This document shows positions 1-9,848 of a DNA stretch of 64,000 bases, one piece after another. This DNA is from an uncultured Pseudomonadales bacterium. Its GTDB lineage: Bacteria > Patescibacteriota > Microgenomatia > UBA1400 > PJMF01. The DNA lies in the NCBI GenBank assembly GCA_964633875.1, contig CAZWKL010000001.1, forward strand, positions 53,530 through 117,529, given 5' to 3'. The position numbers and the translations under genes are program-made. Under the pieces are notes generated by a model. The model was not told the origin of the DNA. It searched no databases and saw only the letters and a program-made list of their open reading frames with translations. How positions within the stretch are numbered: the first letter of the stretch is position 1; each line of letters opens with the position of its first letter.

Positions 1-1059
1 AATCATGATCCGGATATTTTTAAGACAGAGTTTTTTACGCCGATTATTCAGAAACTCGAAACGGTTAGTGGCGCTCAATATAATCATGATGAGGCTGTAA
101 ACCGCTCGTTTCGGGTGATCGCTGATCACCTGCGGGCAGCAGTAATGCTGGCTGACGATGGTGTTTATCCGGACAACAAAGAGCAAGGCTATTTCTCAAG
201 AAGGCTGGTACGCCGGGCCATTAGGTATGCCAAAATGATTGGTATTACTAAGCCGTTTATTGGTGAACTGGTGGGGATAGTGGCAGAAATTTACCGCGAG
301 CCTTATCCTTCGGTTGTTGCCAATCAAGAAAAAATCAGCGCAATTCTCATTCAGGAAGAATTGAAATTTGAGCGGACTTTAGAAAAAGGTCTGCGGGAAC
401 TGGAAAAAATTGCCAAGCTGGATGGCGAAACGGCTTTTCATCTGTATGAAACTTATGGCTTCCCTTTTGAATTAACTCAAGAAATTGCTGCCGAAAAAGG
501 CCAGCACCTGGAACAAGCTGATTTTGACAAGGCCAAAGCAACGCACGCGGCGGTTTCCAGAACGGCTGCTGCTGGCAAGTTTCGAGGAGGTTTAGCCGAT
601 CAAAGTGAGCAAACCACGCAATTTCATACCGCCACTCATCTTTTGCACGCCGCGCTCAGGCAGGTTTTGGGTCAACATGTGGAGCAAAGAGGCAGCAATA
701 TTACTGAAAAAAGGTTACGTTTTGATTTCACTCACTCGGCGAGCTTGACGGCTGAGGAAAAATCTAAAGTGGAGCAGATGATCAATGATTGGATTAAGGA
801 CGGCTTGCCGGTGGTGCAACAAACTATGAGTAAAGAGGCAGCTTTGAATTCCGGCGCGCTGGCCTTTTTCAGAGAAAAATATGCTGACGAAGTTTCTGTT
901 TTTACCATCGGCAAAGACCGGGACAAGGACTGGATTTCCCGGGAGCTTTGCGGCGGTCCCCATGTGAGTAATACTAATGAGATCACACCGGTGGAAATAT
1001 TTAAAGAGAAATCGGCCGGAGCCGGTATTCGGCGCCTTTACTTGCGCGTCCGCCAATAA
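1..1059 (+). CDS. alaS: Alanyl-tRNA synthetase, C-terminal part (5' end outside window); ends after editing domain
   Basis: Frame open from base 1; IADHLRA, LYETYGFP, HTATHLLH, RFDF and ELCGGPHV motifs; ends at GIRRLY with no C-Ala domain. Confidence 0.96.
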   Translation, partial: NHDPDIFKTEFFTPIIQKLETVSGAQYNHDEAVNRSFRVIADHLRAAVMLADDGVYPDNKEQGYFSRRLVRRAIRYAKMIGITKPFIGELVGIVAEIYREPYPSVVANQEKISAILIQEELKFERTLEKGLRELEKIAKLDGETAFHLYETYGFPFELTQEIAAEKGQHLEQADFDKAKATHAAVSRTAAAGKFRGGLADQSEQTTQFHTATHLLHAALRQVLGQHVEQRGSNITEKRLRFDFTHSASLTAEEKSKVEQMINDWIKDGLPVVQQTMSKEAALNSGALAFFREKYADEVSVFTIGKDRDKDWISRELCGGPHVSNTNEITPVEIFKEKSAGAGIRRLYLRVRQ

Positions 1060-1120
1060 GATTCTCCAGGCTAACTTAGGCGTTGTACTCAAGAGGCGTT
1101 CTGTATACAATAGAAATGCT

Positions 1121-3448
1121 ATGGACTTGCCCAACCTTTTTTCTGCCTCAAAAACCAGTGAAGTTCCTGAGAAAGTTATTGGTATTTTACTTTCGCAAAC
1201 CAAGGTGCAGGCGCTGCTGCTGAGAATCAGTGAGACTCAGTTGTTGCTGGAAGCCTCTTCAGAGATTATTGAATATACTGACGTGAAAAATTGCGCCATT
1301 CAAACCGATGAAGCCTTGCAACAGCTGGGGCCGGAATCTGAAGCGGTGGATACCGTTGTTTTTGGTTTGGAACACGATTGGGTAGTAAACGGAGAAGTAG
1401 TTGAGCAGCGCCAGCCTCTCTTGAGTAAAATTACGGAAGATTTAGCTCTTAAGCCAGTTGGTTTTATTGATACTTCTGAAGCGCTGATTCAGCACAATCT
1501 GGCTCAAAATAGCCTGTATTCGGGCATTTTCTTGTTGTTGTCGCATACGGCTATGACGGTGAGCTATGTTTCGCAGGGGAATATTAGGGGGGTTGAACAG
1601 GTAGGCCGGTCTGAAAGTATCATTGCTGATTTGAGAGAGGGTTTGGCTAGATTTTCTAAGCAAGTTGAGGACGAGCAGTTTTATTTGCCTGCCAAATTGG
1701 TTTTAGCCTCGTTTGATTTGACTGAAGTTGAGTTAAGTGAAATCCAGCAAAGTTTGTTGGAATTTAACTGGACTGAGCACGCCAGATTTTTACAAATGCC
1801 TACCATTCAGGTGATTACGGATGAGGAGTTTACCTCTGTTGCGGCCATTGAAGCAGCGCGGGCGGCGGCTATCGCTGCCGGTTATTATTCAGCGGCGGCG
1901 GCGGCGGTAAATGGCTCAGTGCTGGCGGCCGAAGCAGCCGCTACCTCCAAAGAAATGGGCTTTTCCGAAATCGCCGCCGCCCCAACTGCCGCCCCCCCCG
2001 AATCAACCTCACCGCTGCCCGTAGAAACAGCAATTGCCGGTTCAGAAGAACCAGACCTATCTCAGTCTGCTGATCTGGAAACGGCGATAGCGCCAGTGGC
2101 AACCTCGTTTGGCGTCCCTATCTCTTCGGACAAAATCAGCGCCGGTGGCAAAACTCTCGAACAATTAGATCAAGAAGCAGAAGCCAAAAACCCCAGTAAA
2201 GTCGCCGACGACACCACTCAGGCAGGTTTCTTTGCCAATCTTAGAGCCAGATGGAACGAACCATACAAGGGCAAGCGCAGTTTGAAATTTTTTATCCTCA
2301 TCGGTTTTACTAGTGGATTATTGGTTATTGCTCTGGTTCTCGCGGCTATAATTTCCTTTTCTGCTCAAGCTGTGGTTGAACTAGAATATAATCTTTTGCC
2401 GGTGATCAAAAATGCCACCATCACTATTGATCCCGATGCCAACACTCCAGACTCAGAAAGACTCATTCTTCCAGGCAAAGCGGTCACTAGGGCTGTTTCC
2501 GGTCAAGAAACAGCCGCTTCTACCGGTACTGCTATTGTTGGCGATAAAGCCAAAGGCACCATTACCATCTACAACAAAACCGCTGCCAGGAAAGTTTTTA
2601 ACAAAGGAACAGTTTTTTCTTCAGGAGAACTGGACTTTACCTTAGATGAAGAAGTGTCAGTAGCTTCTGCCAGTGTTAAGGAGAAACAAGGCGGTAATGA
2701 GACTGAATATGGCAAAGCTGATGCTTCAGTTACCGCTGTTGAGATTGGTGATCAATACAACCTTGATGAAAAAACCGAACTTGCCGTCGATAATTTTGCC
2801 ACAGATACCTACTCTGCCGTGATAGCCAAAGGCGGTTTTATCGGCGGCGCCAGCCGAGAGGTTCAAGTTGTTTCTGCCAATGACTTGGCAAATTTGCAGG
2901 AAGGTTTACGCGCCAAATTACTTGCCCAAGCCAATGAAGAATTTAAAGCAGAATACCACAATGGCGTCCATGTTTTTCCGACAACCAAAATTGTAGATGA
3001 GCAAGCCGAATTTGATGCAGAAGAAACCGACGAAGTAACCAGTTTCTCGCTAACGCTCACCATTACCGCAGAAGCTCTTACTTACAATACCGATGACGCC
3101 CGAATTTTAGCAGCTCAAGTCTTGGCTTCGGAAATACCCGATAACTACGAACTTTCAAACCAAGAACCTCGAGTGATGAGTGATGAAGTTGAAAACAAGG
3201 ATGAGGGCAACAGCTCAATTATCCAACTCAATGCCCAATTTGAAGCCTATGCCCATCCCATTATTGACGAAGCAGCAGTCAAAGAAACCTTGGCAGGCAA
3301 GAAATTAGCTGAAGCTAAAGCCTCCTTTACGCACAATGATGAAGTCAAAAGCGTGGAATTTTACTGGCGGCCCACTTTTGCCTCCATGCTCCGCCAATCT
3401 TTACCCAGTCAGGAAAAAATCACCATCACCGTTAAGACTAAAGAGTAA
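1121..3448 (+). CDS. Large single-pass membrane protein: N-terminal FtsA/PilM-like region, acidic/Ala linker, TM, C-terminal baseplate J/gp47-like domain
   Basis: ATG 1121 follows TACAAT; TM FFILIGFTSGLLVIALVLAAIISF; KAKGTITIYN..G..F, V.AVEIG..YNL and GG.SRE.QVVS..D motifs resemble CPR baseplate-J-family proteins (recalled, not searched). Confidence 0.6.
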   Translation: MDLPNLFSASKTSEVPEKVIGILLSQTKVQALLLRISETQLLLEASSEIIEYTDVKNCAIQTDEALQQLGPESEAVDTVVFGLEHDWVVNGEVVEQRQPLLSKITEDLALKPVGFIDTSEALIQHNLAQNSLYSGIFLLLSHTAMTVSYVSQGNIRGVEQVGRSESIIADLREGLARFSKQVEDEQFYLPAKLVLASFDLTEVELSEIQQSLLEFNWTEHARFLQMPTIQVITDEEFTSVAAIEAARAAAIAAGYYSAAAAAVNGSVLAAEAAATSKEMGFSEIAAAPTAAPPESTSPLPVETAIAGSEEPDLSQSADLETAIAPVATSFGVPISSDKISAGGKTLEQLDQEAEAKNPSKVADDTTQAGFFANLRARWNEPYKGKRSLKFFILIGFTSGLLVIALVLAAIISFSAQAVVELEYNLLPVIKNATITIDPDANTPDSERLILPGKAVTRAVSGQETAASTGTAIVGDKAKGTITIYNKTAARKVFNKGTVFSSGELDFTLDEEVSVASASVKEKQGGNETEYGKADASVTAVEIGDQYNLDEKTELAVDNFATDTYSAVIAKGGFIGGASREVQVVSANDLANLQEGLRAKLLAQANEEFKAEYHNGVHVFPTTKIVDEQAEFDAEETDEVTSFSLTLTITAEALTYNTDDARILAAQVLASEIPDNYELSNQEPRVMSDEVENKDEGNSSIIQLNAQFEAYAHPIIDEAAVKETLAGKKLAEAKASFTHNDEVKSVEFYWRPTFASMLRQSLPSQEKITITVKTKE

Positions 3449-3450
3449 AA

Positions 3451-4410
3451 ATGATTTTACAGGACAGCCGAATTCCATTAGAAATGCAGGGTCAGCTCAT
3501 TGATCTTTATCGTCGTGCCCTGGAACAAGGTATGCCAATTGACGAGTTGGAGGAAAAAATTGCCAGATATCTTAAGCGTTTCAAGGTCACGGAAGTATAT
3601 GAATCTCTCGAGGTAAAAAACAGGGAAGAAAGACTTAAAAGACAAGTCCCCAAAGCTATAAAATACGGGGCGATTATCTTGCCATTGTTGTTCTTAAGCG
3701 TTGGTCTTTATCTGGTTGGATCGGCAGTGGTACCAATTCTAACTTATTACGTCAAGTCTGATTTGAGCTCATCGGAAACTCTATCGCTCAGGTCGCCAAT
3801 ACCGCGGGAAGAAGTCATTAACTCGGTTCCGACGCTCATCTCTCCCGTGGTTACTCAGGTAGTTGAAGCCAGTGAAATTGCCGCGCCCACCATCATCAAC
3901 GAACAGCTTGATTTTACCAATCTTAATAATTGGTTTAATGTCGATGCTTTGCCTGAATTAGCCGGTCAAAATGCAGAGGAAGAATATTACACACTCGATA
4001 TACCTTCGCTGGAAATCCAGAATGCTCAAGTAGCTATAGGTGGCACTGATTTGAATAAGAGCTTAATTCAGTATCCGGGCACGGCTGATCCTGGCCAGGT
4101 TGGTTCTCCGGTGATTTTTGGTCATTCCGTTTTGCGTCAATTCTACAACCCGAGCGAAAAAAATCCACAGCGCTACAACTCAATTTTCAGCTACATTATG
4201 ACCATGAAGCCGGGGGATAAAATTTACCTTACTCATGGTGAAACTAAATATACCTACGTAGTCAGGGAAAAATTGGAAATCAAGCCTGAGGATGTTCACG
4301 TTCTTAATCAGGATTTTGGTAGCAAAACTCTCAAGCTCATTACTTGTGTCCCGGAAGGCACCTACCTACGGCGGGGTGTAGTAGTGGCAGAATTAGTAGA
4401 ACAAGGCTAG
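3451..4410 (+). CDS. Sortase with N-terminal cytoplasmic extension
   Basis: TM anchor, YPGTADPG, catalytic His (FGHS), Cys (LITC) and Arg (YLRR). Confidence 0.9.
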   Translation: MILQDSRIPLEMQGQLIDLYRRALEQGMPIDELEEKIARYLKRFKVTEVYESLEVKNREERLKRQVPKAIKYGAIILPLLFLSVGLYLVGSAVVPILTYYVKSDLSSSETLSLRSPIPREEVINSVPTLISPVVTQVVEASEIAAPTIINEQLDFTNLNNWFNVDALPELAGQNAEEEYYTLDIPSLEIQNAQVAIGGTDLNKSLIQYPGTADPGQVGSPVIFGHSVLRQFYNPSEKNPQRYNSIFSYIMTMKPGDKIYLTHGETKYTYVVREKLEIKPEDVHVLNQDFGSKTLKLITCVPEGTYLRRGVVVAELVEQG

Positions 4411-4428
4411 CTGCGGTACAATATTTCT

Positions 4429-4818
4429 ATGTCTGTGTATCTTGCTGTTGATTACGGCACCAAAAGAGTGGGTTTGGCAATTGCCCGTGCGGGTTTAGCA
4501 GAACCATTAGTGATTCTCGATAATTCACCCGAATTGCTCAACCAAATTCAGCAAATTATTGAGGCAGAACAACCCCAGCAGCTGATTGTTGGTCTTTCGG
4601 AGCAAAAAATGGCTGAATTAACAAAAGCATTTGCCCGCGAGCTGGCCGCCAAGACAAAGCTTCCAATCATTTTTGCTGACGAAACTTTGAGTTCTCAGAC
4701 GGTCAGAGAAAAAATTAAAACCAGCAAGAAAAAAGTTCGCACTGGTCATATTGATCATTTCTCAGCAGCCTATTTTCTTCAAGAGTGGCTTGATACTCAC
4801 CAGTCAACTGCTCGCTGA
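4429..4818 (+). CDS. ruvX: YqgF/RuvX pre-16S rRNA nuclease
   Basis: LAVDYGTKRVGLA, DETLSS, ID..SA..FLQ motifs. Confidence 0.92.
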   Translation: MSVYLAVDYGTKRVGLAIARAGLAEPLVILDNSPELLNQIQQIIEAEQPQQLIVGLSEQKMAELTKAFARELAAKTKLPIIFADETLSSQTVREKIKTSKKKVRTGHIDHFSAAYFLQEWLDTHQSTAR

Positions 4819-4865
4819 AAAACTCTTACAATAATGCAAAAAAGTTGCGTTATAATAGAATCAAG

Positions 4866-5099
4866 GTGAAACGCCCGATCATTGCCAGCATCTTGATATG
4901 CTTCATCTTTGCAGCAATTGTCTTTTATGCGGGCTCTCACATCAATTTCCGAGGTGAGCGAAAACCAAGTTCTTATTCAACTGAACTGGCAATTTCTCCT
5001 TCACCATCTTTCGAGGAAAATATTGAGGGGAATATTGCGGAAGCTACAGCGTCAACTCAGTCTTCTTGCGAAAATTTAGCTACTGGCAAAGACTTTTGA
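4866..5099 (+). CDS. Small N-anchored membrane protein, unknown function
   Basis: Hydrophobic IIASILICFIFAAIVFY; GTG start 9 nt after TATAAT; fills the ruvX-mltG gap. Confidence 0.45.
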   Translation: MKRPIIASILICFIFAAIVFYAGSHINFRGERKPSSYSTELAISPSPSFEENIEGNIAEATASTQSSCENLATGKDF

Positions 5100-5121
5100 C
5101 CACCTGCTATACTGATTCCCC

Positions 5122-6111
5122 ATGAGAAAACCGGGGTTAATACCAAAAATTATTTTAGGTTTGGCGGCGTTAATAATTTTGTCAGGGCTTGGTTTGGGAG
5201 TTTACGCCTACCAGCAACTTCAACCGGTAGATCCGAACAATCAAAATGAAGTCAGGTTTGTCATTGCTCCTGGGTCGGGGGTACAAAAAATTGCCAACGA
5301 CTTAAAAAGTTCAGAATTAATCAATCACCCTTTCATTTTTCGGGCCTACGTTACCCTCACTGGCTTAGATAAAAAACTTCAGGCAGGCTCGTTCGAACTT
5401 TCTTCAAGCTTAACTACAGCTGAAATTGCCACCACCCTAACACAAGGTACTCAAGACACCTGGATCAGATTACTTGAAGGCTGGAGAAGGGAAGAAATGG
5501 CTGAGTATTTAGAGCAGCAGGAACTGAACGAATTCTCCAAAGCAGAATTTCTAACCTTGACTGCTACTGCCGAAGGCAAGCTTTACCCTGATACTTATTT
5601 GGTGCCGAAGGACATCACTACTTCTGCATTGGTGAACTTGCTCCTGCGCACTTTTGAACAAAAAGTAGTTGTTGGTTTGGCTGATGAGTTAACCGCATCG
5701 GGCAGAACCTTGCATGAAATCTTGGTTATGGCCTCTCTAATTGAAAGAGAAGCCAGGAGTTTTGAGCAGATGAGACATGTTTCCGGAATTTTGTGGAACA
5801 GAATTGGTATTGGCATGCCTCTCCAGGTGGACGCAACGTTACAATACGCGGTTGGTTATGATGGGGCCAGGCGTTCTTGGTGGCCCCCTCCCTTGGCGGC
5901 TCACAAATCGGCCGCTTCCCCTTACAACACCTACGCCAATCCCGGTCTTCCGCCTGGCCCAATCGCCAATCCAGGCCTGAACGCTTTCAAAGCAGCACTT
6001 GACCCACTTCGGGTTAATGATTTATTCTATTTGCACGCATCCGATGGAAGGATGTATTATGCAGAGACATTAGAAGCACACAACGCGAATGTGAATACAT
6101 ACTTGCGCTAG
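5122..6111 (+). CDS. mltG: Endolytic transglycosylase MltG
   Basis: N-terminal TM, EGKLYPDTY, ASLIEREA, LQVDATLQY, SPYNTY..GLPPGPIANPG. Confidence 0.95.
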   Translation: MRKPGLIPKIILGLAALIILSGLGLGVYAYQQLQPVDPNNQNEVRFVIAPGSGVQKIANDLKSSELINHPFIFRAYVTLTGLDKKLQAGSFELSSSLTTAEIATTLTQGTQDTWIRLLEGWRREEMAEYLEQQELNEFSKAEFLTLTATAEGKLYPDTYLVPKDITTSALVNLLLRTFEQKVVVGLADELTASGRTLHEILVMASLIEREARSFEQMRHVSGILWNRIGIGMPLQVDATLQYAVGYDGARRSWWPPPLAAHKSAASPYNTYANPGLPPGPIANPGLNAFKAALDPLRVNDLFYLHASDGRMYYAETLEAHNANVNTYLR

Positions 6112-6131
6112 TGTTTTGTTGCTGTTATAAT
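6103..6131 (+). promoter_or_regulatory. Sigma70-type promoter for rpoB
   Basis: TTGCGC-17 nt-TATAAT with extended TGn. Confidence 0.6.
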
Positions 6132-6331
6132 TTGTTCTTCACAATAGCAATTTAAATAGTGGGGTTAGTTTCTTGCATACAACCAGACGGGTTTCAGCCA
6201 GTCTTAAACTTTAATTTAGGAGAGAACATACGTCCTGTGTGTGCTCCATTTTTTTGTGTTTTGCAACACCATCTAGCTGGTTAGCTAGCCCACCGACCAG
6301 TACGCAATAAAAGTAGAAGGAGATCAGACCT

Positions 6332-9300
6332 ATGTCAGCTAATCAACGACAGAATTGGGGCCAAAAGCATGATATTTTACCGGAACTTGATCTAGTCAAA
6401 CTGCAAAAAGATAGCTACCGGGAATTTATTGAATTAGGCATTCGCGACTCTCTCGACGTGGTTAATGGCGAAAATGGCATTGAAGATTACACTGGCAAGA
6501 ACTGGGCATTGCGTTTTGGTGAGTACCGTTTTGGCAAGTCCAAATACAATGCTACGGAAGCAAAGAAAAAGGGCGTGACTTATGATGTCCCCCTGTATGT
6601 TGAAGCTACTTTGTTCAATAAAAAAACCGGCGAAGAACAAACTCAAGAAGTTTTCCTGGGCGATTTGCCCAAGATGACCCCTATCGGCACTTTTATTGTC
6701 AATGGCATTGAAAGAGCGGTGGTGACTCAGCTAGTTCGTTCTCCGGGCGTTTTCTTTTCCGGCGCTACTGATTCGGCTACCGGCCGTGAGCTTTTCCAGG
6801 CGGAACTGCGACCCAAGCGAGGCTCATGGCTAGAAATTTCTGTGGGCAAAAAGGACGTCATTACCGTTAAAATTGATCGCCGCCGCAAGATGCCCATCAC
6901 TGTTTTGCTTAGAGCCATGGGTTACAGCAGCAACGAAGAAATTCAAGAACTTTTTAAAGAAGAAATTCAACTTGATGAGTTTAATTTACTGACTAGCACC
7001 CTGGAAAAAGATACCACTGCCTCGAGAGAAGAGGCCTTGATTGAGCTTTATGAAAAGATGCGCCCCGGCGAGCCGGCAGTCTTAGATACTGCTACTGATT
7101 ATCTTAAACAGCTTTTCTTTGATCCTAAGCGTTACGACTTGGGCAAAGTGGGTCGCTACAAGCTCAACCGGCGCCTGAAGCAAGATCACGTTGATCTGGA
7201 GAAAACGGTGCTTGATAAAGAAGACCTGGTAGGCGCCATCAAATACTTGATTAGATTGCAAAATGGCCAAGGTAAAGTTGATGATATTGATCACCTAAGC
7301 AACCGCCGTGTTCGCCAAATTGGTGAGCTGGTTAAGGAGTCAGCTTTCCGGATTGGCCTGATCCGTTTAGAGCGCTCTATCCGCGAAAAGATGTCCTTAA
7401 CTAAGACTGACGAAGTCCTTACTCCCGCTGCCCTCGTCAATGCCCGCCCGCTGATCGCTACGATTTCAGAATTTTTCCGTCGCAACCGCCTTTCCACCAT
7501 TTTAGACCAAACCAATCCACTGGCAGAAATTGATAACCTGCGCCGGCTTTCCGTCATGGGCACGGGTGGTGTGACCAGAGAGCGCGCCTCATTTTCCATG
7601 CGTGACATTAACGCCTCCCAATATTCTCGTATCGACCCGGTTCGTTCGCCTGAAGGACCAAATATCGGCTTGGTGACTTATCTGGCCTTATATGCTCATG
7701 TTAATAAATTTGGTTTTCTTGAAGCGCCCTACCTCCAAGTTGCCAACAAAAAAGGCAAGATGGTAGTTTCTGACCAGGTAGTTTATCTGTCAGCAGACGA
7801 TGAAGAGGACCACAAAATTACTCACGCCAGCATCAGCATCAACGCCAAAAGGCAAATCGAAGATGAATGGGTGCCAATGCGCTTTATGAATGAGTTTATT
7901 GAAGGTCCGGTTGAAGACGTTGAGTATATTGATGTGGTTCCACGTCAAGTGATTGGTACTTCAGCTTCACTCATTCCGTTTATCGCTCATGACGAAGCCA
8001 ACCGTGCCCTGATGGGTACTCACATGCAATGTCAAGCTGTGCCATTGGTGATGCCGCAAGCGCCGATTGTTGGCACTGGTATGGAAGCGGCAGTAGCGGC
8101 TTCAATGGGTAGAACTGTGCAGGCCAAACACTCGGGCAAAGTGGTTTACGTAGATGCCACCAGAATTGAAATTGAACTCAACAAGACTGAGCTAAAAAAA
8201 GCCGAAAAAGATGCCGCCGAAAACTTTTTTGAAGAAAATGAACAAATTGAAGTTGTTGGCGACAGGGAAATTTATCATTTAAGCAAGTTTGCCCGCACTT
8301 CCCAAAGCATGTCTTATTCGCAAAAACCAATTGTGGTTTTAGGCGATACGGTCAAGGCAGGAGATGTTATTATTGACGGCCCCTCTTCCGATCAGGGCGA
8401 GCTGGCTCTGGGCGCTAACCTGGTTATTGCTTACGCCTCTTTCGAAGGACTGGGTTACGAAGACGCGATCGTGATTTCTGACAGATTGGTCAAGCAGGAT
8501 ATTTTAACCTCTATTCAAATTAACGAACACAAAGCCAAAGTCATGGACACCAAACTTGGCCCGGAGGAACTAACCAATGATATTCCCAATGTTTCTGAAA
8601 CTTACCTTAGCAACCTCACGGCAGACGGCATTATTAGGGTAGGATCGGTGGTTAGCGAAGGCGATATTTTGGTAGGTAAAATCGCTCCTAAGGGCGACAC
8701 CGAACTCACGCCCGAAGAAAGACTCTTGAGGGCAATTTTTGGAGAAAAATCCAGGGAAGTGCGTGACACTTCACTGCGGTTGCCTCACGGTGAAAAAGGG
8801 GTGGTAATTGATGTCCAGGTTTTAGATGCTGATCTGGGTGATGAGCTTGACCCGGGCACGATGCAGGAAGTGATTGTCAAAGTAGCGGAAATCCGCAAAA
8901 TCACTGTTGGCGACAAGCTGGCAGGCCGCCATGGCAACAAAGGAGTGATTTCCAAAATTGTTCCCGAGGCTGATATGCCTCATCTCGAGGATGGTATGCC
9001 GGTAGACATTGTTATTTCACCACTTTCGGTTTTGGCCCGGATGAACTTAGGTCAGTTGTTGGAGGCTCATGTGGGCTGGGCAGCTGAAAAACTTGGCTAT
9101 AAAGTTTCCGTCCCTGCTTTTGAAAAATTCAATGAACAGAAAATTTGGGACGAACTGGCCAGGGCTGGTTTGCCTGCTTCAGGCAAAGCCCAACTCATTG
9201 ATGGTAGAACCGGCGAACCATTTGCCGAAGACACCACTGTTGGTATTGGTTATATTCTTAAACTTTCGCACATGGTGGAAGACAAGATGCACGCCCGTTC

Positions 9301-9829
9301 AACTGGTCCGTATTCATTGGTGACTCAGCAGCCTCTGGGCGGTAAAGCCCAGATGGGTGGACAGCGCCTGGGAGAAATGGAAGTTTGGGCGCTTGAAGCT
9401 CACCGCGCCGCTCACACTCTCCAGGAAATGCTGACCATCAAGTCTGATGACGTCACTGGTCGCTCCAAAGCCTTTGAAGCTATTGTTAAGGGTACGGAAA
9501 TTCCGGCTCCCACTGTTCCGGAATCTTTCAAGGTTTTAATGCGCGAACTCAACTCGCTGGGTATAGACATTATCCCTCATGAAGCTCAAGAAATAGAGGA
9601 AGAAGTGGTGGCTGCTGCTGGTGATATTCCTGTCATCGCTGATCCGGCTGCTTTAGCCGCCGCTGCAACCACTGCCACTCCAGTTGCAACCGACGACAAC
9701 ACTCCGGTGGATGAAGACACTGAGGCGGATTTACTCGAGGAATTTGAAGAAGTAGAAGTGGTGGACGAAAACAGAGAACCCACCGACGAAGAAATAGCCT
9801 CTACGGAAGTTGAGGAGGACGAGGATTAA
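6332..9829 (+). CDS. rpoB: RNA polymerase beta subunit
   Basis: GDKLAGRHGNKG, GGQRLGEMEVWALEA; GGAG SD. Confidence 0.99.
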   Translation: MSANQRQNWGQKHDILPELDLVKLQKDSYREFIELGIRDSLDVVNGENGIEDYTGKNWALRFGEYRFGKSKYNATEAKKKGVTYDVPLYVEATLFNKKTGEEQTQEVFLGDLPKMTPIGTFIVNGIERAVVTQLVRSPGVFFSGATDSATGRELFQAELRPKRGSWLEISVGKKDVITVKIDRRRKMPITVLLRAMGYSSNEEIQELFKEEIQLDEFNLLTSTLEKDTTASREEALIELYEKMRPGEPAVLDTATDYLKQLFFDPKRYDLGKVGRYKLNRRLKQDHVDLEKTVLDKEDLVGAIKYLIRLQNGQGKVDDIDHLSNRRVRQIGELVKESAFRIGLIRLERSIREKMSLTKTDEVLTPAALVNARPLIATISEFFRRNRLSTILDQTNPLAEIDNLRRLSVMGTGGVTRERASFSMRDINASQYSRIDPVRSPEGPNIGLVTYLALYAHVNKFGFLEAPYLQVANKKGKMVVSDQVVYLSADDEEDHKITHASISINAKRQIEDEWVPMRFMNEFIEGPVEDVEYIDVVPRQVIGTSASLIPFIAHDEANRALMGTHMQCQAVPLVMPQAPIVGTGMEAAVAASMGRTVQAKHSGKVVYVDATRIEIELNKTELKKAEKDAAENFFEENEQIEVVGDREIYHLSKFARTSQSMSYSQKPIVVLGDTVKAGDVIIDGPSSDQGELALGANLVIAYASFEGLGYEDAIVISDRLVKQDILTSIQINEHKAKVMDTKLGPEELTNDIPNVSETYLSNLTADGIIRVGSVVSEGDILVGKIAPKGDTELTPEERLLRAIFGEKSREVRDTSLRLPHGEKGVVIDVQVLDADLGDELDPGTMQEVIVKVAEIRKITVGDKLAGRHGNKGVISKIVPEADMPHLEDGMPVDIVISPLSVLARMNLGQLLEAHVGWAAEKLGYKVSVPAFEKFNEQKIWDELARAGLPASGKAQLIDGRTGEPFAEDTTVGIGYILKLSHMVEDKMHARSTGPYSLVTQQPLGGKAQMGGQRLGEMEVWALEAHRAAHTLQEMLTIKSDDVTGRSKAFEAIVKGTEIPAPTVPESFKVLMRELNSLGIDIIPHEAQEIEEEVVAAAGDIPVIADPAALAAAATTATPVATDDNTPVDEDTEADLLEEFEEVEVVDENREPTDEEIASTEVEEDED

Positions 9830-9848
9830 AGATTAAAGGAGCGCCAAT

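Noticed and set aside
1-1059. AlaRS truncation as pseudogene
   Set aside because: Clean stop after an intact editing domain; short AlaRS is usual in reduced genomes
1121-3448. Prophage or contractile injection system
   Set aside because: No sheath, tube, capsid, terminase or integrase genes; embedded among housekeeping genes
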